Shown: piece after piece, positions 1 to 8,090 of the stretch
Layout: each line of letters starts with the position of its first letter
How positions within the stretch are numbered: position 1 is the first letter of the stretch
Source of the DNA: Gemmatimonadota bacterium
GTDB taxonomy: Bacteria > Gemmatimonadota > Gemmatimonadetes > JACCXV01 > JAHWKZ01
NCBI GenBank assembly: GCA_019347645.1
Contig: JAHWKZ010000002.1
Span: forward strand, 1 to 42,684
DNA: 42,684 bases
Direction: 5' to 3'
The notes under the pieces: generated by a model
The model's input: the letters and a program-made list of their open reading frames with translations, nothing else
Databases searched by the model: none
Told to the model about the DNA's origin: nothing
Position numbers and translations under genes: made by a program

Positions 1-134
1 AACACCGGCTGGGAGGCGCTCCAGATGTCGGGTCCCGTGCCATCGCCCTCGATGAACGGGAGGATCGGGTGATCGGGTACCTGCAGCTGCTCATCGCGGA
101 TGGTGATCCGCTCGCCCTCGGGTGCTCGGGTCAT
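1..134 (-). CDS. icd: NADP-dependent isocitrate dehydrogenase, first 44 codons only (gene runs off the window start)
   Basis: Reverse complement of 1-134 translates to [44 protein letters not shown]. The [13 protein letters not shown] block is the conserved IDH N-terminal motif. It is absent from the ORF track because the window edge truncates it. Confidence 0.8.
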   Translation of the reverse strand, partial: MTRAPEGERITIRDEQLQVPDHPILPFIEGDGTGPDIWSASQPV

Positions 135-237
135 CGGGATTCGTGGCGCCAGTCGGGAATTGGGAGCGGTCGGAGAACGTCACGGGGCGCAGCGGCGATG
201 CCACCGCGCCCCATGCACGTCGACCGGCCGCGGAAGC

Positions 238-495
238 TCAGCGGTTCTCCAGCGGCTCTACCTTCAGGCCACGCGGGCCGGTGTACTCCGCCTTCGGCCG
301 GATCAGCCGGTTGTTGGCGTACTGCTCGAAGAGGTGCGCGGTCCATCCGGTGACACGGGACATCGCGAAGATCGGGGTGAACAGGTCCATCGCGATCCCG
401 AGCGTGGTGTAGACGGAGGCGGAGAAGAAATCGACGTTGGGGTAGATCTTCTTCCCGCGCCGCTCCATCTCCTCGTCGTAGATCTCCCGCGCCAG
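238..495 (-). pseudogene. citZ: Citrate synthase (CitZ type) C-terminal remnant of ~85 codons, fused in frame to udg
   Basis: KKIYPNVDFFSASVYTTLGIAMDLFTPIFAMSRVTGWTAHLFEQYANNRLIRPKAEYTGP matches the conserved C-terminal helices of CitZ/GltA. The N-terminal ~3/4 of a citrate synthase is missing. icd starts 103 nt downstream. Confidence 0.7.
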
Positions 496-1164
496 CTGGA
501 CGTCCTCCCATGTGGGGCGCTTGAGCTTCGGGTTGCGAAGCAGCGCCGCCGGGTGATAGGTGGCCACCAGCGGGACCTCCTCGTACCGGAACACCCGGCC
601 GCGCATCGCGCCCATGGTGGAATCGACCCCCAGCAAGGTGCGGGCCGCATGACGGCCCAGCGTCAGGATCACCGCCGGATCGATGATCGCGATCTGCCGC
701 TTCAGGTACGGCTCGCACGACTCCACCTGGTGCGGCAGGGGGTCGGCGTTGTCCGGCGGCCGGCACTTCAGCACGTTGGTGATGAACACCTCGTCGCGGC
801 CGAAGCCGATCGCGGCGAGGATCTTCGTCAGCAACTGTCCGGCACGGCCGACGAAGGCCTCTCCCTGCTGGTCCTCGTGATAGCCCGGCGCCTCGCCGAC
901 CACCATGATTCCGGTCCTCGGCGTCCCGCTCCCCCACACCACCTGGGTGCGCGTCCGGCACAGATCGCACTTCGTGCAGCCCAGCGCCTCGTCGCGCACG
1001 GTGGTCCATGCGGCCTCGTCGAACTCGGCCGGCTTCGAAGAATCGTTCAGATCGAACGGCTCGTCCATCGTCACGGCCCTCTCCTCCACCGGCAGGCGCA
1101 GGACGAAGCGCTCCCCCAGCATCTTGGCGCGCGCCAGCCGGCGCGCGGCGTCCGACCCCGTCAC
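238..1164 (-). CDS. Family-4 uracil-DNA glycosylase with a C-terminal extension derived from citrate synthase (chimeric ORF)
   Basis: UDG motifs are present: GCTKCDLC, GEAPGYHEDQQGEAFVGRAGQLL, FITNVLKCRPP, HPAALLRNP. The likely GTG start at 1164 overlaps the coaBC TGA stop (GTGA); an alternative ATG lies at 1122. The ORF track extends it to 1353. The last ~85 codons are citrate-synthase-like (next feature). Confidence 0.8.
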   Translation of the reverse strand: MTGSDAARRLARAKMLGERFVLRLPVEERAVTMDEPFDLNDSSKPAEFDEAAWTTVRDEALGCTKCDLCRTRTQVVWGSGTPRTGIMVVGEAPGYHEDQQGEAFVGRAGQLLTKILAAIGFGRDEVFITNVLKCRPPDNADPLPHQVESCEPYLKRQIAIIDPAVILTLGRHAARTLLGVDSTMGAMRGRVFRYEEVPLVATYHPAALLRNPKLKRPTWEDVQLAREIYDEEMERRGKKIYPNVDFFSASVYTTLGIAMDLFTPIFAMSRVTGWTAHLFEQYANNRLIRPKAEYTGPRGLKVEPLENR

Positions 1165-2519
1165 GACGCCACCTCCGCCTCGCGCTCCCGCCGATCGAGC
1201 ACCCAGTCGACCAGCTCGTGGGCCAGCGACCGCTTCGACATGAGCTCGAAATCCCGACGGGATCCGTCGGCCCCGATCGCGAAGACGCGGTTGGTGTCGT
1301 GACCGAAACCGGCGCCCGCCTCCGTCGGATCGTTCACGACCAGGAAGTCGCACCCCTTCGAGACCAGCTTCTCGGCGGCCTTCGCCTCGACGTCGTCGGT
1401 CTCCACCGCGAAGCCGACGATCACGGTGGAGGCGTCGCGCTCGACGACCGCCCGCGCCAGGACGTCCTCGCTCCGCTCAAGGGCCAGCCGCCCGTCCCAC
1501 TCGTCCTTCTTGAGCTTGGTCGGGTTCTCCCGATCGGGCCCGAAGTCGGCCGGCGCCGCCGCCATCCAGAGCTGGGCCGCGCCGGGGAGCGCCTCGGCGA
1601 CCACCTCGGAGAGCTCCGCAGTGGTCCGGACGGAGACGGTGCGGACGAACGGCGGCGCCTCGAGCCGGGTGGGCCCGTGGATCAGCGTCACCTCGGCCCC
1701 CTCGCGCCACGCCGCCCCCGCCAGCGCGTACCCCATCTTCCCGCTGGAGCGGTTGGTGAGGACGCGCGCCGGATCGATCGCGGCCTCCGTCGGTCCGGCC
1801 GTCACCACCACGCGACGACCGGAGAGCCGACCCCGACCGTTGACCAGCCGGTCGAGCGCCGCGAGGATCGCGGCGTTCCCCGGCCAGCGTCCCACGCCGG
1901 TCTCCCCGCACGCCAGGGGGCCCTCGTCCGGGGTGAGGATGAAAGCGCCGCGCTCGCGCAGCGTCGATCGATTCGCTCGACAGGCGGGATGGTCGTACAT
2001 CGTGGCGTTCATGGTCGGCACGAACAGGACCGGGGTCCGCGACGGTTCGACCGCCGCCAGCGTGGTCGTCAGCAGGTCGTCGGCGATCCCCGCGACCGCC
2101 TTCCCGAGCGTGTTCGCGGTGGCCGGCGCCACCACGACGGCGTCGATCCCGCGGGCGAAGTCGAGGTGCGGGAAGCGCGCGTACTCGCTCCCGGTCCCCC
2201 CGGGCTCGGCCGTGCCCCAATCGCCCCACAGCCCCGTTCCCACGCGCTCGCCCGAGAGCGCCTCGAACAGCGCCGGTCGCACCAGCTCGGAAGCCGCCGA
2301 CGTCAGCACGACCCGCACGCGAGCCCCCGCACGTTGCAGATCCCGCATCAGATCGACCGCCTTGTAGCAGGCGATGCCCGATGCGACCCCCAGGGTGACG
2401 GTCCGCCCGGCGAAGGGACGATAGGCTTCGGCTATTCCGCCCTCTTGTCGACGATCTCGTACTCGATCTCGCCCGCCACCAGGTCCTCGAGCGACCGGGT
2501 CGTGTACTTCTTCATCCAC
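1161..2519 (-). CDS. coaBC: Bifunctional phosphopantothenoylcysteine decarboxylase / phosphopantothenate-cysteine ligase
   Basis: GRTVTLGVASGIACYKAVDLMRDLQRAG flavoprotein N-terminus and a CoaB-like C-terminal half. The start is uncertain. The only canonical in-frame start near the motif is GTG at 2519, which lies 88 nt inside rpoZ. The ORF-track start at 2891 is an artefactual extension. Confidence 0.85.
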   Translation of the reverse strand: MDEEVHDPVARGPGGGRDRVRDRRQEGGIAEAYRPFAGRTVTLGVASGIACYKAVDLMRDLQRAGARVRVVLTSAASELVRPALFEALSGERVGTGLWGDWGTAEPGGTGSEYARFPHLDFARGIDAVVVAPATANTLGKAVAGIADDLLTTTLAAVEPSRTPVLFVPTMNATMYDHPACRANRSTLRERGAFILTPDEGPLACGETGVGRWPGNAAILAALDRLVNGRGRLSGRRVVVTAGPTEAAIDPARVLTNRSSGKMGYALAGAAWREGAEVTLIHGPTRLEAPPFVRTVSVRTTAELSEVVAEALPGAAQLWMAAAPADFGPDRENPTKLKKDEWDGRLALERSEDVLARAVVERDASTVIVGFAVETDDVEAKAAEKLVSKGCDFLVVNDPTEAGAGFGHDTNRVFAIGADGSRRDFELMSKRSLAHELVDWVLDRREREAEVAS

Positions 2520-2644
2520 TCCTTGCCGCCTTCCTTGGGCAGCTCGTTCAGCTTTCGGGCGTACGCCGCGGCGACCATGACCCCCTCGTACTTGTTCCGG
2601 CTCGGGGTCGCCATGGCCATGTCTCCTGGGGTGAATACTTTCAT
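2432..2644 (-). CDS. rpoZ: DNA-directed RNA polymerase omega subunit
   Basis: 70-aa product MKVFTPGDMAMATPSRNKYEGVMVAAAYARKL... with an NKYE..V.AA.RA+ omega signature. ATGA overlap with the gmk stop, and it sits in the gmk-rpoZ-coaBC synteny. Confidence 0.8.
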   Translation of the reverse strand: MKVFTPGDMAMATPSRNKYEGVMVAAAYARKLNELPKEGGKEWMKKYTTRSLEDLVAGEIEYEIVDKRAE

Positions 2645-3330
2645 GCGGTTCCTCCTTCTTCGATGGTCGCCTTCTGCGCCGCGCGCTCGGGAAAGTGGCT
2701 GTCCAGCCACTCCTCGAGGTTCTCGCGCCGCACCCGGCGGGTCTCCTCGGCGTGGATGATCCGGGCGAACGTCTCGACGGTCTTGTCGAGCTCCCGGTTG
2801 ACAATGACGTACTGGTACTCCTCGACGCGCTCGAGCTCCCGAATCGCCTCCTCGAGCCGGGCCTCGATCTCCTCGTGGCTGTCGGTGCCACGCCCCTTGA
2901 GCCGCGCCTCCATGGCCGCGTGCGACGGCGGCAGCAGGAAGATCGAGACTCCCTCGGGGTACGCCTGCATCAGGCTCGCGCCGCCCTGCACGTCGACGTC
3001 GAGCAGCACGTGGTTGCCCTCCGCCAGCGCGTCGTCGATCTCGACGCGCGGGGTCCCGTACAGGTTGCCGTGGACGCGAGCCCACTCGGCGAGCTCGCCC
3101 GAGTCGCGGGAGCGCTCGAACTCCTCGACCGAGACGAACCGATAATCGGACTCCTCCACCTCTCCGTCCCGCCGCGGCCGAGTCGTCAGCGAGACCGCGA
3201 AGCGGATGTACGGAAGGCGCTTGAAGATCTCGTTGGCGACCGTCGTCTTGCCGGCCCCGCTGGGCGCCGACAGGATGATCGGGAACGGGCGCGTGCGGAT
3301 CCCGACATCGGCGTCGCGCTCGGTCACCAT
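2641..3330 (-). CDS. gmk: Guanylate kinase
   Basis: P-loop SAPSGAGKTT, TTRPRRDGEVEESDYRFVS, and a GNLYGT motif. Confidence 0.93.
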   Translation of the reverse strand: MVTERDADVGIRTRPFPIILSAPSGAGKTTVANEIFKRLPYIRFAVSLTTRPRRDGEVEESDYRFVSVEEFERSRDSGELAEWARVHGNLYGTPRVEIDDALAEGNHVLLDVDVQGGASLMQAYPEGVSIFLLPPSHAAMEARLKGRGTDSHEEIEARLEEAIRELERVEEYQYVIVNRELDKTVETFARIIHAEETRRVRRENLEEWLDSHFPERAAQKATIEEGGTA

Positions 3331-3358
3331 CCCCCGCTCCTCCGTCGCGCGGGGTCCC

Positions 3359-4240
3359 TCATTCCACGTTCTCCGCCTGCTCGCGCATCTTCTCGATCTC
3401 CGACTTGATCTCGATCGCCGCCTGCTGCATCTCGGGGTCGTTCGCCTTCGAGCCGATCGTGTTCGCCTCCCGCAGCATCTCCTGCAGGATGAACGTGAGC
3501 TTTCGGCCCACGGCGCCGTCGGCGTCGAGCTCGGCGCCGAAGAGCTCGAGGTGGGCGGCCATCCGCGTCAGCTCCTCCGCCACGTCGAGCCGGTCGGCGA
3601 GCAGGACGACCTCCTTCTCGAGCCGCTCGACGAGCATCTCGTCGAGATCGCCGATCAGCTCGGCGATCTTCGCCCGCAGGCGCTCCCGCTCGCGGGCCTC
3701 GCGAAGCGGCGCGCGCTCCTCGATCTTGGCCCGCCACGACTCGATCGTCGCGAGGCGGTCCCGGAGGTCGGACTCCAGCGCGCGGCCCTCCGTCTCGCGA
3801 CTCTCGATCAGACCGAGGAGCGCCGCCTCGAGCGCCGATTCGGCGCCGGCGAGGAACGACGCGTCGTCGAGTTCGATCGCCTCGTCCTCCCAGGCGATCA
3901 CGCCCGGCAGCCCGAGCAACGCCTCGACGGTAACGCCACCCTTGCGGACGTTCCACAACCCCTCGAGGCTCTCGACGATCTCGAGGTAGCCGTCGAGCAC
4001 CTCGCGGTCCAGACGGGGTCCGCGCGAGCCTCCGCCGGCAGCGGTCTCGACGTCGAGCCCCAAGTTCAGGTGTCCCCGCTCCACGCGGGACGACAGGACC
4101 CCCGCGAGCCGATTCTCGAGGTGCGAGAACTCCCGCGGAAGTCGGAGGTTCACGTTGAAGTAGCGGTGGTTGACCGACTTGATCTCGACGCGGAACAGGT
4201 AGCCGTCGGCTTCCGTCTCACCGCGGCCGAACCCCGTCAT
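3359..4240 (-). CDS. yicC: YicC-family stress-induced protein
   Basis: MTGFGRGE...FRVEIKSVNHRYFNVNLRLPRE N-terminus and a C-terminal KANDPEMQQAAIEIKSEIEKMREQAENVE. The start is taken at the MTGFGRG ATG (4240), not the track start. Confidence 0.9.
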   Translation of the reverse strand: MTGFGRGETEADGYLFRVEIKSVNHRYFNVNLRLPREFSHLENRLAGVLSSRVERGHLNLGLDVETAAGGGSRGPRLDREVLDGYLEIVESLEGLWNVRKGGVTVEALLGLPGVIAWEDEAIELDDASFLAGAESALEAALLGLIESRETEGRALESDLRDRLATIESWRAKIEERAPLREARERERLRAKIAELIGDLDEMLVERLEKEVVLLADRLDVAEELTRMAAHLELFGAELDADGAVGRKLTFILQEMLREANTIGSKANDPEMQQAAIEIKSEIEKMREQAENVE

Positions 4241-4310
4241 GCTGCGGATCACGGGCCGCCTTCGACTCGAACGATTGAAAATATCGGATGGAACCGCATG
4301 CAGCAACGTC

Positions 4311-4706
4311 TCATACGCGACTCTCCCACTTTCCGGGGAGCAGTCGGATGGCGGCGCCGACCCCGGCCCGGACCATCCGGATCAGGTCCTCGTCCCCGTC
4401 CCAATGCTCGAGGATCACCGCCTCGTCGACCCGGTTCAGCAGGCTGTGGAGGGCGAGCACCGCGAGCACCACGTCGTCGAGCTGGCCCAGCCCCGGCACG
4501 AAATCGGGCACGAAGTCGATCGGGGAGATCAGGTACAGCGCGGTGCCGCCGACGATCAACTTGCTCCTCGCCGGAACGCGGGAGTCCGACAGCAGCCGCT
4601 TGAGGAGCACGACGAAGTTCGGCAGGAACATCGCCAGCTCGCGCAGCAAGGCTCGGGCGCTCGATCGGTCCCGGACGACGGGCAGGCGGGAGTCAGGAAC
4701 GGACAC
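4311..4706 (-). CDS. DUF1232 (YkvA-like) membrane protein
   Basis: ALYLISPIDFVPDFVPGLGQLDDVVL motif typical of DUF1232. It overlaps the larB stop by 14 nt. Confidence 0.75.
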   Translation of the reverse strand: MSVPDSRLPVVRDRSSARALLRELAMFLPNFVVLLKRLLSDSRVPARSKLIVGGTALYLISPIDFVPDFVPGLGQLDDVVLAVLALHSLLNRVDEAVILEHWDGDEDLIRMVRAGVGAAIRLLPGKWESRV

Positions 4707-5484
4707 CGCGGTTCGCCTCCTCTCCGGCGGCGGCCTGGCGCCGCAGACCGTTGATCCGCGCGGCGGCGAACCCCGCGCCGAAGCCGTTGTCGATGTTCAC
4801 CACCGTGACTCCGGCGGCGCACGAGTTGAGCATCGTGAGGAGCGCCGCCAGCCCCTCGAACGACGCCCCGTACCCGACGCTGGTGGGCACGGCGACGACC
4901 GGGACCTTCACCAGGCCCGCCACCACGGAGGGCAGCGCGCCGTCCATCCCGGCCACCACGACGATCGTGCCGGCGGTGTCCAGGACGTCGGAGCGCTCGA
5001 GGACGCGATGGATCCCCGCCACGCCCACGTCGACCAGGTGCTCGACGGGCTCGCCGAACATCCGGACCGTCTCGACGGCCTCCTCCGCCACCGGCAGGTC
5101 GCTCGTCCCCGCCGTCACCACGACGACCGGAGCTCCCTGGAAGGGCGCCGGCGCGCCGGCGGAGAGCGTCCGCGCGACCGGGTTGTGCCGCGCCCCGGGC
5201 ACCGCGCGCCGGATCGCCGCCACGTGTCCCTCGCCCGCACGGGTCGCCAGGACGCGGCCGCACCGCTCGTGGATCCGCCCCGCCACCGTCGCCGCCTGAT
5301 CGGGCGTTTTGCCGTCGCAGTACACCACCTCCGGAAAGCCGTTGCGGTGGACGCGATGGTGGTCGATGGTGGCGAATGGAAGCCGCTCGTGGCGCCAGTC
5401 GGCGAGGCGGCGGCAAGCGTCGTCGACCTCGATCCGGCCTTCGGCGACCGCCGCCAGCGTGGTGCGCAGGAACCGGTCGATCAT
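4693..5484 (-). CDS. larB: LarB-type AIR-carboxylase-like protein (nickel-pincer cofactor biosynthesis, pyridinium-3,5-biscarboxylate mononucleotide synthase)
   Basis: HHRVHRNGFPEVVYCDGKT, VVVVTAGTSDLPVAEEA, VVAGMDGALPSVVAGL, VAVPTSVGYGA motifs. Confidence 0.85.
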   Translation of the reverse strand: MIDRFLRTTLAAVAEGRIEVDDACRRLADWRHERLPFATIDHHRVHRNGFPEVVYCDGKTPDQAATVAGRIHERCGRVLATRAGEGHVAAIRRAVPGARHNPVARTLSAGAPAPFQGAPVVVVTAGTSDLPVAEEAVETVRMFGEPVEHLVDVGVAGIHRVLERSDVLDTAGTIVVVAGMDGALPSVVAGLVKVPVVAVPTSVGYGASFEGLAALLTMLNSCAAGVTVVNIDNGFGAGFAAARINGLRRQAAAGEEANRGVRS

Positions 5485-5537
5485 TAGGTTGAGTCTACCT
5501 TTCCGATCGCCCCGGCACCACCGGACCCCACGACGTC

Positions 5538-6251
5538 ATGCGCTGGAATCGAGCCAACCGAACCCCCCGAAGCGACCCGACCGAGATCCACGTCTGGCGG
5601 ATCCCCCTCGACGCCGGCGCCGATCTCGATCGCGTGGTCGCCGCGCTCTCGGACGAGGAGGTCCGCCGCGCCGATCGCTTTCGATTCCCGCTCCACCGAC
5701 GGCGCTGGATGACCGCCCGAGCGGCCCTCCGGACGATCCTCGCCGCCTACCTCGGCGAGTCGCCGGGGGGTCTGGCCTTCGATCACGGCCCGGGAGGGAA
5801 GCCCTTCCTGGCGGCACCCGACGGTGCGCCGGACCTGCGCTTCAACCTGGCTCACTCGGGCGATCTGGCGCTGTGCGCGGTCGCGCTCCAGCGCGAGGTC
5901 GGCGTGGACGTCGAGCGGCTCCGGCGGGACGCTCCGCTCGTCGAGCTCGCCCGCCGGTGGTTCTCCGCCGGCGAGGTCGAAGCGCTCCTCGCCCTGCCGT
6001 CCGACCGGCGCTCGGCGGCGTTCTTCGCCTGCTGGACGCGCAAGGAGGCGGTGGTGAAGGCCGAGGGGGCGACCGTCCCGGCGGCCCTCAAGCGGTTCGC
6101 CGTCCCCCTCGACCCGTTGGCGGGCGAGACGATCGCGCGCGGCCCCGAGCGCGCCTGGACCCTCGCCACGCTCGACGTCGGACCCGGCTACGCCGCCGCT
6201 CTCGCCTACGAGGGCCCCGCCGAGATGCGACGGTTCCGGTGGACGGCCTGA
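5538..6251 (+). CDS. Sfp-type 4'-phosphopantetheinyl transferase
   Basis: EIHVWRIPLD, RFRFPLHRRRW, GKPFL, FNLAHSGDLALCAV, GVDVE, WTRKEAVVKAEG motifs. Confidence 0.88.
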   Translation: MRWNRANRTPRSDPTEIHVWRIPLDAGADLDRVVAALSDEEVRRADRFRFPLHRRRWMTARAALRTILAAYLGESPGGLAFDHGPGGKPFLAAPDGAPDLRFNLAHSGDLALCAVALQREVGVDVERLRRDAPLVELARRWFSAGEVEALLALPSDRRSAAFFACWTRKEAVVKAEGATVPAALKRFAVPLDPLAGETIARGPERAWTLATLDVGPGYAAALAYEGPAEMRRFRWTA

Positions 6252-7525
6252 ACCGCCGGAGTCTCGTCACCACGGTCGCGCTCGTCTGCCTCGCGGCAGG
6301 GGAGGCCCTCGCCCAGGAGCGCGTGCCCGCCGAGCCGATCCCCGTGGAGTGGCCCGCCGACACGCTGGCCGCCCCGCCCGACACCACGCCCGCTCCGCCC
6401 ATCGTCCTTCCCGGGGTGGAGACGGTCGTCGAGGAGGAAGCGGAGGGATTCCCCTGGATCCTCGAGTGGCCGGGCCTCTGGGGTGTGACCGTGACGCGCT
6501 ACTCCCGCGTCGACGGGGCCGTCCCGGCGCTGGGCTTTCGGCTGGAGCCGCGCGATCCCGACCGGTGGCCTTCCGTGGAGGCCAGGATCGGCTTCGCCAC
6601 GACCCGCGAGAGGGTCTACGGTGCGGTCGATGTCGGCCAGCGACTGCCGCTCGCCGGGGATCTGGTCGGCCGCATCGGGGTCGGCTGGTTCCACCGTAGC
6701 CAGACGTTCGACGACTGGAAGGTCTCGAAGCGCGAGAACGACCTCGCCACCTTCCTGGTGGGGACCGACCTGGTGGACTGGTGGCGCGAGCGGGGATGGC
6801 GGTTCGGCCTCGGCCTGGAATCGGCCCTCGGTGACCGGTCGGTCCAGGTCGAGTTCCTGGCCGCCGAGCAGTTCTCGCAGGTGAACCGCTCTCCGTTCGT
6901 GCTCTTCGGCGACGGCGACTTCCGGGACAACCCGCCGGTCGCCGAGGGGGACCTACGGAGCGTGCGCGCGCGGTACGTGCACGACACCCGGGACGTCCAG
7001 AGCCCGCTGCTGCCGTCGCCCGGCTGGGTGGTCACGATAGAGGCCGAATCCGCCGTCGAAGCCCTCGGGGGGGACCTCGAGTTCCTGCGCGGGTTCCTCG
7101 ATCTCCGCCGCTACACTCGTTTCGGCAGGGACACGTGGTGGGACCACCGCCTGGTCGTCCACGCCGGCAGCGATCTACCCCGTCAGCGGCTCCCCGTGCT
7201 GGGTGGCGCGGGGTCGCTGCGCGGCTTCCCCGCCGCCGCCTTCGTGGCCGAGGAGCTCGCCGTCCAAGGCTCGAGCGAGCTCCGCCTCCCGCTTCCCGTG
7301 ACCGACTGGATCGCGCCTTTCTTCCTCTCCTGGCACGTCGCCGGCCTCGCCGACGTCGGCACCGTCGACGACGAGCTCGAGGAATGGCACGCCGACGTGG
7401 GACTGGGGCTCAGCGGGATCAACATCTTCAGCTATCTCGGCGTCTTCGTGGCCCAGCGGATCACCGACCTCGACGAAAGCGACGCCGGACCGCGGGTGAT
7501 CGTGAGGCTTCGCAGGGACTTCTGA
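6239..7525 (+). CDS. Outer-membrane beta-barrel protein (Omp85/surface-antigen-like C-terminal barrel) with signal peptide
   Basis: GTG at 6239 gives VDGLNRRSLVTTVALVCLAAGEALAQ as the signal peptide. Alternating beta-strand pattern, GGAGSLRGF motif, and a C-terminal aromatic residue (..RLRRDF). The upstream part of track ORF 5309-7525 overlaps the PPTase and is an artefact. Confidence 0.7.
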   Translation: MDGLNRRSLVTTVALVCLAAGEALAQERVPAEPIPVEWPADTLAAPPDTTPAPPIVLPGVETVVEEEAEGFPWILEWPGLWGVTVTRYSRVDGAVPALGFRLEPRDPDRWPSVEARIGFATTRERVYGAVDVGQRLPLAGDLVGRIGVGWFHRSQTFDDWKVSKRENDLATFLVGTDLVDWWRERGWRFGLGLESALGDRSVQVEFLAAEQFSQVNRSPFVLFGDGDFRDNPPVAEGDLRSVRARYVHDTRDVQSPLLPSPGWVVTIEAESAVEALGGDLEFLRGFLDLRRYTRFGRDTWWDHRLVVHAGSDLPRQRLPVLGGAGSLRGFPAAAFVAEELAVQGSSELRLPLPVTDWIAPFFLSWHVAGLADVGTVDDELEEWHADVGLGLSGINIFSYLGVFVAQRITDLDESDAGPRVIVRLRRDF

Positions 7526-7548
7526 ATCGCGTTGTCAGCGCCGTCCGC

Positions 7549-7562
7549 GGTTCCTAACTTGC
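7549..7562 (+). promoter_or_regulatory. Possible sigma-54 (-24/-12) promoter element upstream of ptsN
   Basis: cGGttcctaacTTGCc gives GG-N10-GC spacing with a TTGC -12 box, 38 nt upstream of the ptsN ATG. This is a match to the core only. Confidence 0.25.
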
Positions 7563-7599
7563 CGGCTCGCTCGACCTACACATTCGAAAGGACGTTTCC

Positions 7600-8052
7600 A
7601 TGAAGCTCGTCGAGTTCTTCAACGAGGACGAGGTCGCGCTCGATCTGTCGGCCGACGGCAAGGACGCCGCGCTCGAGGAGCTGATCGCGCTGCTCGATCT
7701 AGAGGACGACGCCGAGGAAATCCTCTTCAAGCTCCTCAAGAAGCGGGAGAACCTGGGATCGACCGGGATCGGCAAGGGCGTGGCGATTCCCCACTGCCGC
7801 TCCCTCGTGGTCGACCGCCTGCGAGTGGCCTACGGCCGCAAGAGGGACGGCCTCGATTTCAACGCGGTCGACGACAAACCGGTGAGCCACTTCTTCCTGA
7901 TCGTGGCGCCGCCGGTGGAGATTTCCAACCAGTACCTGCCGGTCCTCGGGAAGATCGCCCAGCTCTGCAAGAACCCGAAGAACCTGACCCGCCTGAGCGA
8001 GATCGCGTCCCAGGAAGAGTTCTTCTCGGTCCTCGAGGACGCGGAGGTCTAG
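7600..8052 (+). CDS. ptsN: PTS EIIA-Ntr type nitrogen-regulatory protein
   Basis: GSTGIGKGVAIPHCR phosphorylatable-His motif, ~150 aa, and an AAGGA Shine-Dalgarno sequence upstream. Confidence 0.85.
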   Translation: MKLVEFFNEDEVALDLSADGKDAALEELIALLDLEDDAEEILFKLLKKRENLGSTGIGKGVAIPHCRSLVVDRLRVAYGRKRDGLDFNAVDDKPVSHFFLIVAPPVEISNQYLPVLGKIAQLCKNPKNLTRLSEIASQEEFFSVLEDAEV

Positions 8053-8090
8053 GCCCTCGGCGTTCAAATGTCGGTGCGCGGTGGCCGATT

